A stretch of 63,656 nucleotides of DNA, the filler included, from Octopus bimaculoides (Eukaryota): NCBI RefSeq assembly GCF_001194135.2. It is 5 parts of 4 records of this genome, joined end to end, with 100 filler letters (N's around TTAATTAATTAA, not from the genome) between each part and the next. Parts side by side here need not be neighbours in the genome. Positions count along the whole stretch, not along the records: positions 1 to 31,880 come from NC_068987.1; positions 31,981 to 50,202 come from NC_069002.1; 3 more parts are not named here. One strand, written 5' to 3'. Of this stretch, positions 23,822 through 35,894 are shown piece by piece; the first letter of the stretch is position 1; every line of letters starts with the position of its first letter. Position numbers and translations under genes: made by a program. Under the pieces are notes generated by a model. The model ran no database searches, was not told the DNA's origin, and worked only from the letters and a program-made list of their open reading frames with translations.

Positions 23822-26599
23822 GTAAGTAATTAACTGATTAAAACAGAAAAGAAACCTGATGGTGGAAAGCTACTGCAGATCACTCTATGTATCAGTATAT
23901 TCCATCTTTCTTTCAACATTCTGTTACGTGTTTTTCTTCGTCTACCAACTGTTTAGTCTTGACCAATTTCGACTAATTTTAGCAACATTAAGATATAATG
24001 CCATATTCCTATTGTTTGTTTAAAGACTAACTTATATTAATTCTTACAGTTGTTTAAACCAGTTATTTTCATTTGCGTTTCAGTTGTTATAGTAATTGAA
24101 ACTAGTCATGTTGTTGAGCTTCATGTTTTATAGGTCATGTTTTATGTGACTATTTTCATGCTGATTCTTATTTAAATGAAGACAGTCCGACTCATCGATA
24201 ATCTAGAAGAACTAGATGCGAATCACATTTTTATTTAAGTACATCCTGTTCATTTACATGAGTGGTTACTAACAATTGTAGCTGTCCTAAACATAGTAAT
24301 TCCAACATGGTAATTATAGCTAATGGTATAATTTGGGGCTCTGTTATTTGTGAACAAATTTCTTCAGTATTTCGGCTAAAGCAGAATGGTATTTGTTTTG
24401 GAATGTTATAGTAACTTTATGAGATATCGTACATGTGTCTGTATGAGTGCTTAGGGGAGTTTGTACACGTAGTGAAGGAGAGAGTGGAGTTCTCTTATTA
24501 TAGTACCCCGGGATTACCAGTGTGGTTTTACAATTTACGTGTTTTCTCTTTGTTGTTTCTCTGTAATCGATAAAATTTTTATTTGACATGACACCTGAGC
24601 CATGTTCTGTACGTTTTACCTTGTTTTGTCAAAAGGTTGAGTAAGATTGGCATAGTTTTAAAACTGGTTTTGTAGACTTGTCTATTTCATCAATTTTTCT
24701 TTTGTCTCCAACAAATATATGCAATGTGAATGATATTGAATTGCAATTGTGCATCATTTAGTTCTTTTTATCACAGCTCCTGCATAATTTGTAAAGAATG
24801 CAGGGATGCTGCACGAAAACTCATACTCTTTTTTCCCGAGTAAGTAGTGTGTTTATATTATCAAATGTAATGGCTCGTTTTCTTTGATACATTTTAGTGT
24901 TGCCCATAAAACGGCGAGACGTTGGATTTGAGAGCTTCGGCTTCTATACTATTTGAGCAGAACCGGGTTCTCAGAAGACTGATGTAGCAACAAGAGTAGT
25001 TATAGCAGTTTTAGTTAAGCCTAATCAAACCTTATGGTTAAAAGTTAGGTTAGTGGTTCCAGACGATTTTCCTCTGCAGTGGGAGTTAGCGCCCTTCTAT
25101 ACAGGCCTGTGTACCACATTATCGACAACATTCCAGTCATGAACATCACGCTTTTGGGAATATTTAAAGACTATATTATCTCATGCGATCTTCTTCATTT
25201 AAGATGGCAGCATATGATTTGAAAGACATTTGTCTATTTTTCTAGCAGGTAAAGCGACACTAAAGCGGCTCCCTGGATAGTTTCACGTTATTATAAGTAG
25301 CTGTGTTTTAAGGACTGGAAATATGTGGCTTGTCAGAACCTTTCTAAGATGTGTCAGGATGTATCTAAACGGTTCATTGTTAAATTTGCTTTAAGTTATT
25401 GTTGTTGTGGAGTATTATCTCAGCTCCAGGGAAATATGAAATTGAAGATTAGAAAAACCTTGATATTGTGGTTTTTTTTCTTCAAGATCCACGAAGATTC
25501 TCTCCAATATGTATATAAAGTATTTTTGAGACAAGTATGGCTGCTAATTGTAGCCGTTTCAGCTGAAGCGCGAAGGTTTCTACTCTCACTTGATTTCTCT
25601 CAGTCTTACATCAAATTTTCTTGAAATGAATTTCAGTACGTTACTTAATTTTTTTTTATATATTATCAGGAGCATACCTCATTGAATAGTGTATCTGTCT
25701 TTCGTTTGGAACGTTATGGTGGCATTTCAAGAAGATTTGACTGCGATTTCTTGCAGGCGCTTTCTTCATTGGAACAATTGACTTGCTATTATTGAATTTG
25801 ATATCCCCGTTGCTATTGTTATTCATACTATTTGTGTTGTTGTTGTCGTTCTTGTTTCTTACCGTGACACCCACTGCTACTCACCAATATCTTACTATTA
25901 CTGTTGTTGCTATTATGTGTCGTTGCTGGGATCTGTCAATGTGACTATGCATTAGATCTGCTTCATTTCTTATGGTTCCTTCCGATATTACTCTCGGCAA
26001 AATATATCTTCTGTTAATTAAATTTGTTATCTTTGAATGAAACAGCGGACTGAACAAACCATGTCTCTGAGGCTTCGACACCACCTCCGGCATGATCATT
26101 ACCTGTTGTAATTTCTATCTTGCCGAGGTAGGTAATACTATTGTTCACATTTTAAATGAAGGAATTATCTGTTCAGTCAGATTCAAGAAATATTTAGAGG
26201 TTTTTCCCTCTGAGTGTCATACTTGATCACCTCCGATATAAAGCAAAATGTTATGAAAGAGAAAATGAACTAAGATTAGGTACTATAACCATCAGTATGG
26301 GAGAAAACCAAAATTGGCTCTCACGTATATAGCAGGTGAAAGTATCTGTCACTCGGTTTCACTCAGTCACCTGGTTATTGGGTAATATCGCAAGCATACA
26401 TGTCAGGTCTGATGACGATTTCTTGTTGTTCCTTACAAATGTCACAAGCGCTGAAGTGGACTATCGATCTTGTCATACCTTCTGTTATCCTCAATAAGCT
26501 ACAACATGCAAAATTAAATTATTACATGTTTACGTTTCTATCTCCTAAATTTGAACAATGTTACCTGATTCTGCTTTTCAAGTCTTATCGTTCTTCTGC

Positions 26600-26995
26600 T
26601 GAAGCTGGTGAACTGGCAGAGCCATTTAGATCGTCGCTAAAGATGAAAAAAAAAAAAAAAAAAAAAAACCCAGCGTTTTGGCATTCATTCCTTCCATTTA
26701 CATCCTGTGTTCAGTTCTCATCGAGGTAAGCTGTGCCCTTCGATTCCTCTGAGTCGATAAAAGGAAGTAACAATCAACGACTGAAATCTATGTAATCGAC
26801 TAAAGCCATCCCCGTCTCCTGTAAATGACTGACGTATCGCAAAACTTGGAATCATTTTCATATTTTGGTGAATTCGCAGATTAGTTAGCTTGTCAGAAAA
26901 ATGTTTGCTGCGCATATTTCGACTCGTTACATTCTGAGTTGAGATCTCGCTGAGGCCAACTTGGACTTTCTTCGTTTCCAGGTCAATAAAAATAA
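26600..26995 (+). mobile_element. Two diverged SINE family A copies
   Basis: GCTGGTGAACTGGCAGAG...ATCGAGGTAAGCTGTGCCCTT..GTCGATAAAA..GTAATCGACTA, and TTCTGAGTTGAGATCTCGCTGAGGCCAAC..GGTCAATAAA. Confidence 0.55.
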
Positions 26996-27364
26996 TGAAC
27001 TAGGCAAGTAGTAGCATCAAAACCTTATCAAATTACTTTGCTTCTTCTGTGTGTCTCTCATTTTCTGTTTCCTATTGCAGCAGATAATAAAAATGACTGG
27101 ATAAGCAGTCTTAGTAATGACCTCATATTCTCGAACTCATTCAGAAATAAAACTGTATTTGCTCCTCATTGAATCCTAGCTGCTGCTGCTATTGCTGCTG
27201 CTGCCACTACTGCTGCTACTACTGCACCTGCTGTTGCTGCTGCTACTACTACTAATACTGTTGATAAGCATGGTATCTTTTCTTGAATACCATGGTCCTA
27301 TATATTGAGTTAGACACAAGGTTTGAATAAAAACAATAACAACAACTGCAATAATAATAACAGT

Positions 27365-27558
27365 CTTTGCTATTATCGGCACAAAGTCTAACATTTTTAC
27401 GGGAGGAGGCTAGTTGATGAAAGTGAGACCCGTGCACCACTGGTTCTCATATAATCGACCCTCAAGCCATAAAAAGCTAAGTCAACCTGAGTGGCATTTC
27501 ATTTTAGAACATAACGAAAGACGAAATTCTGGTGTGTATTTTGCCAGATCGCCGCCTT
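27365..27558 (-). mobile_element. SINE family A, diverged
   Basis: Reverse complement starts AAAGGCGGCGATCTGGCA. AAT-type tracts lie on both sides. Confidence 0.7.
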
Positions 27559-27624
27559 TTTAATAATAATGGTAGTAATTAAAGAGTCAATGCCTGAGAT
27601 TTGGGATTGAATAAGTCGAATACA

Positions 27625-28200
27625 TTGATGATGGGCTGTACGCATTCCTGTCCAACTCCTTTAACTCTCATCCTCTGTCCACTCCAGTATTTCAGCGCCA
27701 TACTGAACTGCAGCGACTGCGCGAGAGGATATTACCGAAACTATGTTTCTGCCATACAGCCTTGACTCCAATAGTTTTCTCGCTCGCTACTGGTACTCTT
27801 TGTTAGTTTTTTTTTTTCTTTCATATCATTGTCCTTAATTCCGTCTGTATTCTTAAGTATCTATATCCGGATTAAGGTGCAATTACCTTCATCATTTCAC
27901 CACTTGGCGTATATAAATAAACCTTCTGTCCTGACAAGCTTTCCTCGTCTCATCATTATCGTAGTATATTTTGTAAGTCCAAGCTCCATCTTGATATGAT
28001 TCAAGAAAATGAGCACAGACTGGACTAAACTGTTCAGTTCTGCCTCACGTTTTGTGAAGAACTTCAAATCATCTATGACAGACGGCTAAGTTTTCGCTTA
28101 CCGCTTCCTAGTTCATACCCTAACTTCCTTTTCTGCAGTATTTTTCTCAAAGTGATCATTCTCAGCACAAAAATCAATGGAGATACACTATTCTCATAGA
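27625..28200 (-). mobile_element. R4/Dong-like reverse transcriptase fragment
   Basis: SVSPLIFVLRMITLRKIL..GYELG..IDDLKFF..ELGLTKY..RRGKLVRTEG..GYRYL..KEY..RARKLLESRLYGRN..EWTEDE..ELDR matches the R4/Dong RT (MDDLK) and the downstream thumb region. Confidence 0.82.
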
Positions 28201-28217
28201 AGGTCCCTCAACCTGAT

Positions 28218-28218
<1 letters not shown>

Positions 28219-28277
<59 letters not shown>
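28219..28277. repeat. (TAC)n microsatellite
   Basis: Direct reading. Confidence 0.95.
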
Positions 28278-28403
28278 GAGATCGACTTTGCTTTCATCCC
28301 TCGGGATCGATCAAATATATACCAGTTAAGCAAGCACCGGGGTTGATGTAATCGACTAACTCCTCTCCCGGAATTGCTGGCCTAGTGCTAAGATTTGAAA
28401 TCA
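28278..28403 (+). mobile_element. SINE family A, 3' half
   Basis: ATCGACTTTGCTTTCATCCCTCGGGATCGAT..GATGTAATCGACTAAC..GGCCTAGTGCTAAGATTTGAAA. Confidence 0.8.
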
Positions 28404-29504
28404 TCTTCATCATAATCGTCATGATCGTGATCATCATCATCATCATCATCATTATTATTATTATAAGCCGGAAACCTTGAAAGCTTCACGGATAACAAAA
28501 AATGTAAACATCTGTAAATAATGACTTTGTTTAATAACTATCGAATAATTATGTATCAGCAGCACAAAAATCTAAGCATTTTCAAAAGTAATATCCAATG
28601 ATAGTGTAGAAAAGTAAAAGTAACATCCAATATTTGCTGGTGAAAATATTGTTAAACAATCAAAAACATAAAACAAACGCCACCTTCCTTTCAGTCACAA
28701 CTCACTCGCTCTCGATTTATTTCTCACTCCCTCCTTGACCCTCTATTCCCTCGCTCTGCCACTCGCTTCAACTATATTGCTTCTGCTCAACACTTTTTAT
28801 TTCTCTTTTTCTTTCTACCTCTTCCTTCAATTATAGAAAAATAACAGTAACATCCATAGCTATTGGCTGAGGGACAAACAGAAGCAGAGAGAGTGAGAGA
28901 GAAAGTGTGTGTGTTAGAGAGAGAGAGGCAGACAAACAGAATAAATGTCAGACAGACAAACAAGTAGGTAGATAGATAGATAGATAGATAGATAGGCAAC
29001 GAAACTTATTGCAATTTTCGACAGCTTTATCAAATATCCTCAAAATGAAAAGTTTTCCTGCGTTTTTTCAATGAGAATGGTTTCATTCTCTTTCAATAAT
29101 ATTCTCTATCCATTCCCTTCTTTCGCTCAATCTATCTCTCTAAATCTCTCTATCTCTCTATTCAACTCTCCCTCCATTCTTCCTCATCTATGCCTCCTTG
29201 CCTCTAACCGTTTCCCTGCGTTTAACGTGTTATATTTCTCTTATCTCTCAGCGCTATCATTCTCCCTGTCTCCACCACTTACTACCTCCTCTTTGCCGCT
29301 TTGCCGATTTGCCGTTGACTTCAAATGTAATTCGTCTGTTTAACAAGTTTTATTTCACTCTGTTTACTTCTTCATTTCATCTAAGTGTGACATACACCAC
29401 CGGTATGTGCGTAAGTATTAGCATATTAATATTATCGGTTATTATGCATTTGTACATAGTGTTGTTCAATATTTTGGTCAGAAAGGACTACAATGTCCAC
29501 CAGT

Positions 29505-29765
29505 AAGTAGGTTTTTTTTCCCAGTCTTTGATTATTATGTCTGGGTGATTACCTTTGATTTTTATGTCAGTTTCAACAGCAAATCTCAGATGATTGTGGC
29601 CTGGTTGTTGTCATGCATCTTCTTTGGCACATGTTTATACCATTTCTTGTTAGTCTTTATGGTGTAGTGCTGGCACATTCTCCAGTGGATATAACTACTA
29701 ACACGGCCATGTCTTTGGCAAGGACTGGGTAGCCAGAGATGATGTAGTCAACTGATTCATTGTGT
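29505..29765 (-). mobile_element. R4/Dong-like fragment (end of CCHC region plus start of RLE)
   Basis: ESVDYIISGYPVLAK / RHGRVSSYIHWRMCQHYTIKTNKKWYKHVPKK..NNQATII*D / ETDIKIKGNHPDIIIKD, homologous to 41-200. Confidence 0.8.
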
Positions 29766-31094
29766 TATCCTTTCTAATTTTCGCGCAAGTCAAGCAATTT
29801 TAAAGAGAGGTGGGTCGTCAACTCTACTGATCCCCGTGATTAGCTTGTACTTTGTTATCAACAACAAAAGGATAACCATGTTGCTTAATATAATGATGAT
29901 GTTGCCATAGTACGATGATGATGATGAGAGGGGACGAGGAGGAAGAGGAGGAGCGGGAGGATTATGATAGTTCGTATTAAGAAACTACAAACATGCACAT
30001 CAACAAAATATCAGTTAAATTTTTCAAGCCAAGTTTGTTCGATGTAGCAAAAGATACAAAACTGGACCAAATCACTGAATGTAACAAAGAAGAGTAGATC
30101 TCACGTTAATTGCGCAACACAATAAAAATAAGACTCTTCAATGCCAATAGCAGCTGGAGTGGCAGAGACACCTGGAATGTCTTTGTGAACCACGAAATCG
30201 TCGCGTTCACTTCAAGGACATCTAAAAGTAATATTAGCCTCTTTGTAAAGAGGGATACTTTTTATGCAAGATTCGCAAGATGTTCATAACTTTTGTCTTT
30301 CTCAAACTGAAATTCAGAATGACACAAAATTAATTATTATCTTCTAATTTTGACACAAAGCCACACATTTTGAGGATGATATTATTTGCTAAAATCCTCT
30401 GCAGCACTTGATAGGTATTGAATGGTGGACAAGTGTGTCCCCCACGGGATTTGAAATCGAAACGGACAAGCCGGAACGAGTAACACAAAGCACTTTGCCG
30501 AACATGTTCACAATAATGCCTATCCAATCATATTGATTCACGTGGCTAAACAACTTAGAAATGCGTTCACATTACATACGCATCCCTGCTTGTTTTGTAA
30601 ATTCTGATTATGTCCAGAAAACAAAATAAAGCTGACACATTTGCATAGTGGGTCTTATCTAAATATTACCAAATAGCCTCAGATGTATGACAACAAACAT
30701 CAACCTGCCAGCATCAAAGCAGAATGAAAATGTTTTGCTTTTATCGAACATACAATCAGACAAACAGACCGAAATCGAACGATGGGTTATTGTCAGTTAG
30801 AGCAAATATAAATGCATATGTACAACGATCGATATGTCACGTCCAGATGACAATAGCATAAGAGTAACATTGTGTATAAAGGATATGGAAGAAGACAGTC
30901 AATATCCAGATGCGCAATTGTGCAGCTAAGAGGTTCGCTTTGCCATCACATTGCTCTGAGTGTGATTCCAGTGCCTGGAATATTGCAGTGGGGTTTCTGC
31001 CATATTCTTGGATTGACTAGCAGTCTATACCTGCAATATGGCGGATGGCTGTTGCAGAAAGCTTATGCATACACTCCTGGGCATATATACATAT

Positions 31095-31139
<45 letters not shown>

Positions 31140-31142
31140 GTA

Positions 31143-31674
31143 TATGTGTTGGCATCTCGCTCAACTGCGCCCCACACATAATAATCAAAATAATAATCAG
31201 TCTGGGGAGATAGGTGGCGAGATGTTAGGGGGGAAGTGGTGCACAAATTGTCCTATTGCCAGACTCGAGGTCTGCCAGCAGTCACCCGCCCGACATAGGG
31301 CAGTACTACATCCACCGGTCATTTGGTGTAGGGCTCCCTGTTTATTCGGAGGCTGTGTGGGAAGATGAACGGAGACATAATGTCGCATTCACTATTGATC
31401 ACTCCAAACACCATGATGGTGATTGGATATATGATTTTTATCGCACCCAAACACCCTCAAATTTTCGTATTGGAGCTTCTGGTGCGAATGCCAAGCTGTG
31501 CCCCATATCATTACCAAATGTCTGACAGAGTGAACTGCGTCATGGTTCTGTTTTTCTCACAGACGGTGCCAAGCTGACACTATCATAATGTTTAGTCGAT
31601 AAAATCAGAAACAAACAATGCGCATGAGAGAAATCAAAATTATAAAATGATGTCAATTTACCCAAAACACCCTG
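31143..31674 (-). mobile_element. DD37D/maT-type transposon deletion derivative, copy 1
   Basis: Terminus CACCCTG|TA; ATG at 31543 (MTQFTLSDIW); IMVFGVI..FIFP..GRPRVWQ*D..SPD..DYYVWGAVERDAN. Confidence 0.85.
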
Positions 31675-31706
31675 TATATTTACATATAGAAAAAAAATAT
31701 TAATGA

Positions 31707-31852
31707 GCGCAGGAGTGGCTGTGTGGTAAGTAGCTTGCTTACCAACCACATGTTCCCGGGTTCAGTCCCACTGCGTGGCACCTTGGGCAAGTGTCTTCTA
31801 CCAAAGCCTTGTGAGTGGATTTGGTAGACGGAAACCGAAAGAAGCCTGTCGT
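31707..31852 (+). mobile_element. tRNA/CORE-like SINE, family B, with small internal deletion
   Basis: GAGTGGCTGTGTGGTAAG (A box), GGGTTCAGTCCC (B box), CACCTTGGGCAAGTGTCTTC (CORE-like), ending GAAGCCTGTCGTA(TA)n. Confidence 0.88.
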
Positions 31853-31880
31853 ATATATATATATATATATATATATATAT

Positions 31881-31980
31881 NNNNNNNNNNNNNNNNNNNN
31901 NNNNNNNNNNNNNNNNNNNNNNNNTTAATTAATTAANNNNNNNNNNNNNNNNNNNNNNNNNNNNNNNNNNNNNNNNNNNN
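31881..31980. other. Artificial scaffold linker N44-TTAATTAATTAA-N44
   Basis: Exactly 100 bp, with a six-frame stop palindrome. Identical constructs at 50203, 56509 and 61455. Confidence 0.92.
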
Positions 31981-32061
<81 letters not shown>

Positions 32062-32308
32062 AGGATATCGGTAAGCTAGATAGAAACCGAAGTGGTCTTC
32101 TCCAATAGCGATGGTAATTTCTCGTCGGAATGTTGTAATATTTGGTGCGAGAATGTTTGTAATGAGAGGAGGATGGTGTCCTTGATGAGTTGCTAATTAC
32201 AGAATGTGAGAAAAGAATGAAGGGAAAGAGAAGAAGGAAAAGAAAGAGAGAGAATGGAAAGTGAAAGAAAGAGATAAAGAGAGTGAAAAAAACAACGGAA
32301 GAAAGAGA

Positions 32309-32349
<41 letters not shown>

Positions 32350-32526
32350 CAAGCGATGGAGAAATGTACAGGTGCGAAAAAGCAACAATATTGTTTGAGG
32401 CATTCACAAACAGATAATGGGTGTGTAAGTGTGTGAGTGTGTGTGTGTCTGCTTATATGCATACATCTATATGTACGGGTGTATGTATGTATGTATGTGT
32501 GTATACGTATGTGTGTATGTATATGT

Positions 32527-32615
32527 AGGCGCAGTCATGGCTGTGTGGTAAGACGCTTGTTTTCCATACCATATGGTTCCGGATTCAATCTGACTGCGTG
32601 GCACCTTGTCTTCAA
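32527..32615 (+). mobile_element. SINE family B, 5' part
   Basis: GGCGCAGTCATGGCTGTGTGGTAAG..GGATTCAATCTGACTGCGTGGCACCTTG. Confidence 0.75.
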
Positions 32616-33620
32616 CTATAATCTTAATATTTGCATGTATGTATGTAAGTATGTATATATATATATATATATNNNNNNNNNNNNNNNNNNNNNNNNNNNN
32701 NNNNNNNNNNNNNNNNNNNNNNNNNNNNNNNNNNNNNNNNNNNNNNNNNNNNNNNNNNNNNNNNNNNNNNNNNNNNNNNNNNNNNNNNNNNNNNNNNNNN
32801 NNNNNNNNNNNNNNNNNNNNNNNNNNNNNNNNNNNNNNNNNNNNNNNNNNNNNNNNNNNNNNNNNNNNNNNNNNNNNNNNNNNNNNNNNNNNNNNNNNNN
32901 NNNNNNNNNNNNNNNNNNNNNNNNNNNNNNNNNNNNNNNNNNNNNNNNNNNNNNNNNNNNNNNNNNNNNNNNNNNNNNNNNNNNNNNNNNNNNNNNNNNN
33001 NNNNNNNNNNNNNNNNNNNNNNNNNNNNNNNNNNNNNNNNNNNNNNNNNNNNNNNNNNNNNNNNNNNNNNNNNNNNNNNNNNNNNNNNNNNNNNNNNNNN
33101 NNNNNNNNNNNNNNNNNNNNNNNNNNNNNNNNNNNNNNNNNNNNNNNNNNNNNNNNNNNNNNNNNNNNNNNNNNNNNNNNNNNNNNNNNNNNNNNNNNNN
33201 NNNNNNNNNNNNNNNNNNNNNNNNNNNNNNNNNNNNNNNNNNNNNNNNNNNNNNNNNNNNNNNNNNNNNNNNNNNNNNNNNNNNNNNNNNNNNNNNNNNN
33301 NNNNNNNNNNNNNNNNNNNNNNNNNNNNNNNNNNNNNNNNNNNNNNNNNNNNNNNNNNNNNNNNNNNNNNNNNNNNNNNNNNNNNNNNNNNNNNNNNNNN
33401 NNNNNNNNNNNNNNNNNNNNNNNNNNNNNNNNNNNNNNNNNNNNNNNNNNNNNNNNNNNNNNNNNNNNNNNNNNNNNNNNNNNNNNNNNNNNNNNNNNNN
33501 NNNNNNNNNNNNNNNNNNNNNNNNNNNNNNNNNNNNNNNNNNNNNNNNNNNNNNNNNNNNNNNNNNNNNNNNNNNNNNNNNNNNNNNNNNNNNNNNNNNN
33601 NNNNNNNNNNNNNNNNNNNN

Positions 33621-33707
33621 CCGTTTAAAGGAAGGAGGCGCGACAATATTCACGATAGACTCGGCTGATAGACCGACTCGTCCCACACGCGATAGCAGTT
33701 GTTCGAC
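33621..33707 (+). CDS. Candidate 3' part of a coding exon (5' part in gap)
   Basis: CpG-rich unique sequence, one open frame RLKEGGATIFTIDSADRPTRPTRDSSCS, ending at the donor AC|GTAAGC. Confidence 0.25.
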
Positions 33708-33752
33708 GTAAGCCCACAGCGATAAAGAAAGGGAAAGGAAGAAAGAATGAAC

Positions 33753-33754
<2 letters not shown>

Positions 33755-33797
<43 letters not shown>

Positions 33798-34067
33798 CAG
33801 ATAGATAGATTGAAGGATAGATGAATATTCATAGTGATGTATATTGTATGTGGTGATTGACAGAAAGACAAATACATACATGCATACATACATAGAGAGA
33901 GAGAGAGAGAGAGAGAGGGGGGAGAGAGAGAAAGAGAGAGAGATAGAGAGAGAGAGCGAGGGAGAGTGGGAGAGAGAGACTGATAGATAGGGAAACAGAC
34001 AGACAGACAAACATACATACATACAGACAGATAGATAAATAGATAGATGGAGAGAGAGAGAGAGAGT

Positions 34068-34122
<55 letters not shown>

Positions 34123-34168
34123 CAGACATAGTAGAAAGATAGATAAACAGATAGGCAGAAAAACAAAC

Positions 34169-34220
<52 letters not shown>

Positions 34221-34312
34221 GATAGATAGATAGATAGATGATAGATAGATAGATATATATATATATAGATAGATAGATATAGATAGATAGATAGGTGGAT
34301 GGATGGATAGAT
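33755..34312. repeat. Compound (GATA)n/(GA)n/(TG)n microsatellite block
   Basis: Direct reading. Confidence 0.9.
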
Positions 34313-34495
34313 TAATAGATAATTAGAAAAAGTGGGAGAGTGTGAGTAAGTATGGTAATTGTTTAACAGCTGTAGGGAATGTCTTGGAGCAAAAGGGTTT
34401 GCGTGCCATTCTCTTGTCGAACGCCAGTTTGTAATTTGTAAAGTTTACAACAGAGCAAAGACGAAATTGGATAAATTCTCTTGTTTTGGTTTCAG

Positions 34496-34550
34496 TTTGA
34501 TGCCGTTAGTTTGAAAGTTAGACGGGCGATAATGATTATTTCGATAGCTG
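34496..34550 (+). CDS. Candidate small coding exon
   Basis: Acceptor TTCTCTTGTTTTGGTTTCAG and donor G|GTATGT; the only open frame is FDAVSLKVRRAIMIISIA. Confidence 0.25.
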
Positions 34551-34814
34551 GTATGTTATGTGAGCATAGCTTTTGAAACGAGAGTTTGTCGGCGAAGTGT
34601 TTTGTTAATTTGAAAATTAAAACTCAAGTGACACGGTGGTTCGTCGATTTGGATTGTTTGTTGCTGTTGTAGTTGTTATAGCTGTTGTTGCTTTTCTTCT
34701 TATAATTGTTGCTTTCGTTGTTGTTGTTGTTGTTGTTGTGAGATGGTGTTGAGGATTGAGTTTCGGGTTCGGCCCATCGCTGGAGGAAGTTGACGCAAGC
34801 AATTTATAATTATA

Positions 34815-34984
34815 GGCGCAGGTATGGCTGTGAGATAAGAATCTTGCTACCCAAGCACATACGTTCAGAGTTCAGTCCCACTGCCTGGCACCTTGGTCAA
34901 GTGTCTTCTAATGTCGCCTCGGGCTGATAAAGCCACGTGAGTGAGTGAATTTAGTAAGCGGAAACTGGAAGAAGTCTGTCGTAT
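34815..34984 (+). mobile_element. SINE family B
   Basis: GGCGCAGGTATGGCTGTGAG..GAGTTCAGTCCCACTGCCTGGCACCTTGGTCAAGTGTCTTC..GGAAACTGGAAGAAGTCTGTCGTA. Confidence 0.85.
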
Positions 34985-34986
34985 GA

Positions 34987-35026
<40 letters not shown>

Positions 35027-35520
35027 AGAATTCACAAAAAAAAAGCAAAAGACGAAGACAGGTTGTGTAGAAAACAAATAGATGTATTAGTATAATGCTC
35101 GAGAATTGAAAAAGTCTTTAACGTTTCGAGCCTACGCTCTTNNNNNNNNNNNNNNNNNNNNNNNNNNNNNNNNNNNNNNNNNNNNNNNNNNNNNNNNNNN
35201 NNNNNNNNNNNNNNNNNNNNNNNNNNNNNNNNNNNNNNNNNNNNNNNNNNNNNNNNNNNNNNNNNNNNNNNNNNNNNNNNNNNNNNNNNNNNNNNNNNNN
35301 NNNNNNNNNNNNNNNNNNNNNNNNNNNNNNNNNNNNNNNNNNNNNNNNNNNNNNNNNNNNNNNNNNNNNNNNNNNNNNNNNNNNNNNNNNNNNNNNNNNN
35401 NNNNNNNNNNNNNNNNNNNNNNNNNNNNNNNNNNNNNNNNNNNNNNNNNNNNNNNNNNNNNNNNNNNNNNNNNNNNNNNNNNNNNNNNNNNNNNNNNNNN
35501 NNNNNNNNNNNNNNNNNNNN

Positions 35521-35560
<40 letters not shown>

Positions 35561-35894
35561 TGTAACTATGTGTTTAAATGTAAAAGCTTGTGTGTGATAT
35601 AGCATCATCCTCGGCCACCCCCGAATGTTCGGAACTGTCCGTTTTGGTTAAATGTTAAATGTTTGAAGGGGGGAAAAAAAAAAGACAAGAGAAGAAACGA
35701 AATTCCAGTTAAAGAGAACATTCTTCAGACGACATGGAAACAGCAACTTCGACTACGACAACAATAACAAGAAGAACAACAACAACAATGGCAACAGCTA
35801 CAAGAAAAATAACAGTAACATCAAGAATAATACGAACAAGATTGACTACAACAATAACCTCAACGATCACTGTTTCCCAGATAGTTGAAGAACA

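Noticed and set aside
24925-24990. Minus-strand CTGAGAA...GAAG hairpin
   Set aside because: Both core halves deviate from the hammerhead consensus and there is no stem I.
31925-31936. TTAATTAATTAA as a conserved regulatory motif or PacI site
   Set aside because: Always centred in exactly 44+44 Ns, so it is synthetic.
32437-34166. Long ORFs of 150-516 aa spanning N runs throughout the window
   Set aside because: Their length comes from Ns and dinucleotide repeats that lack stops.
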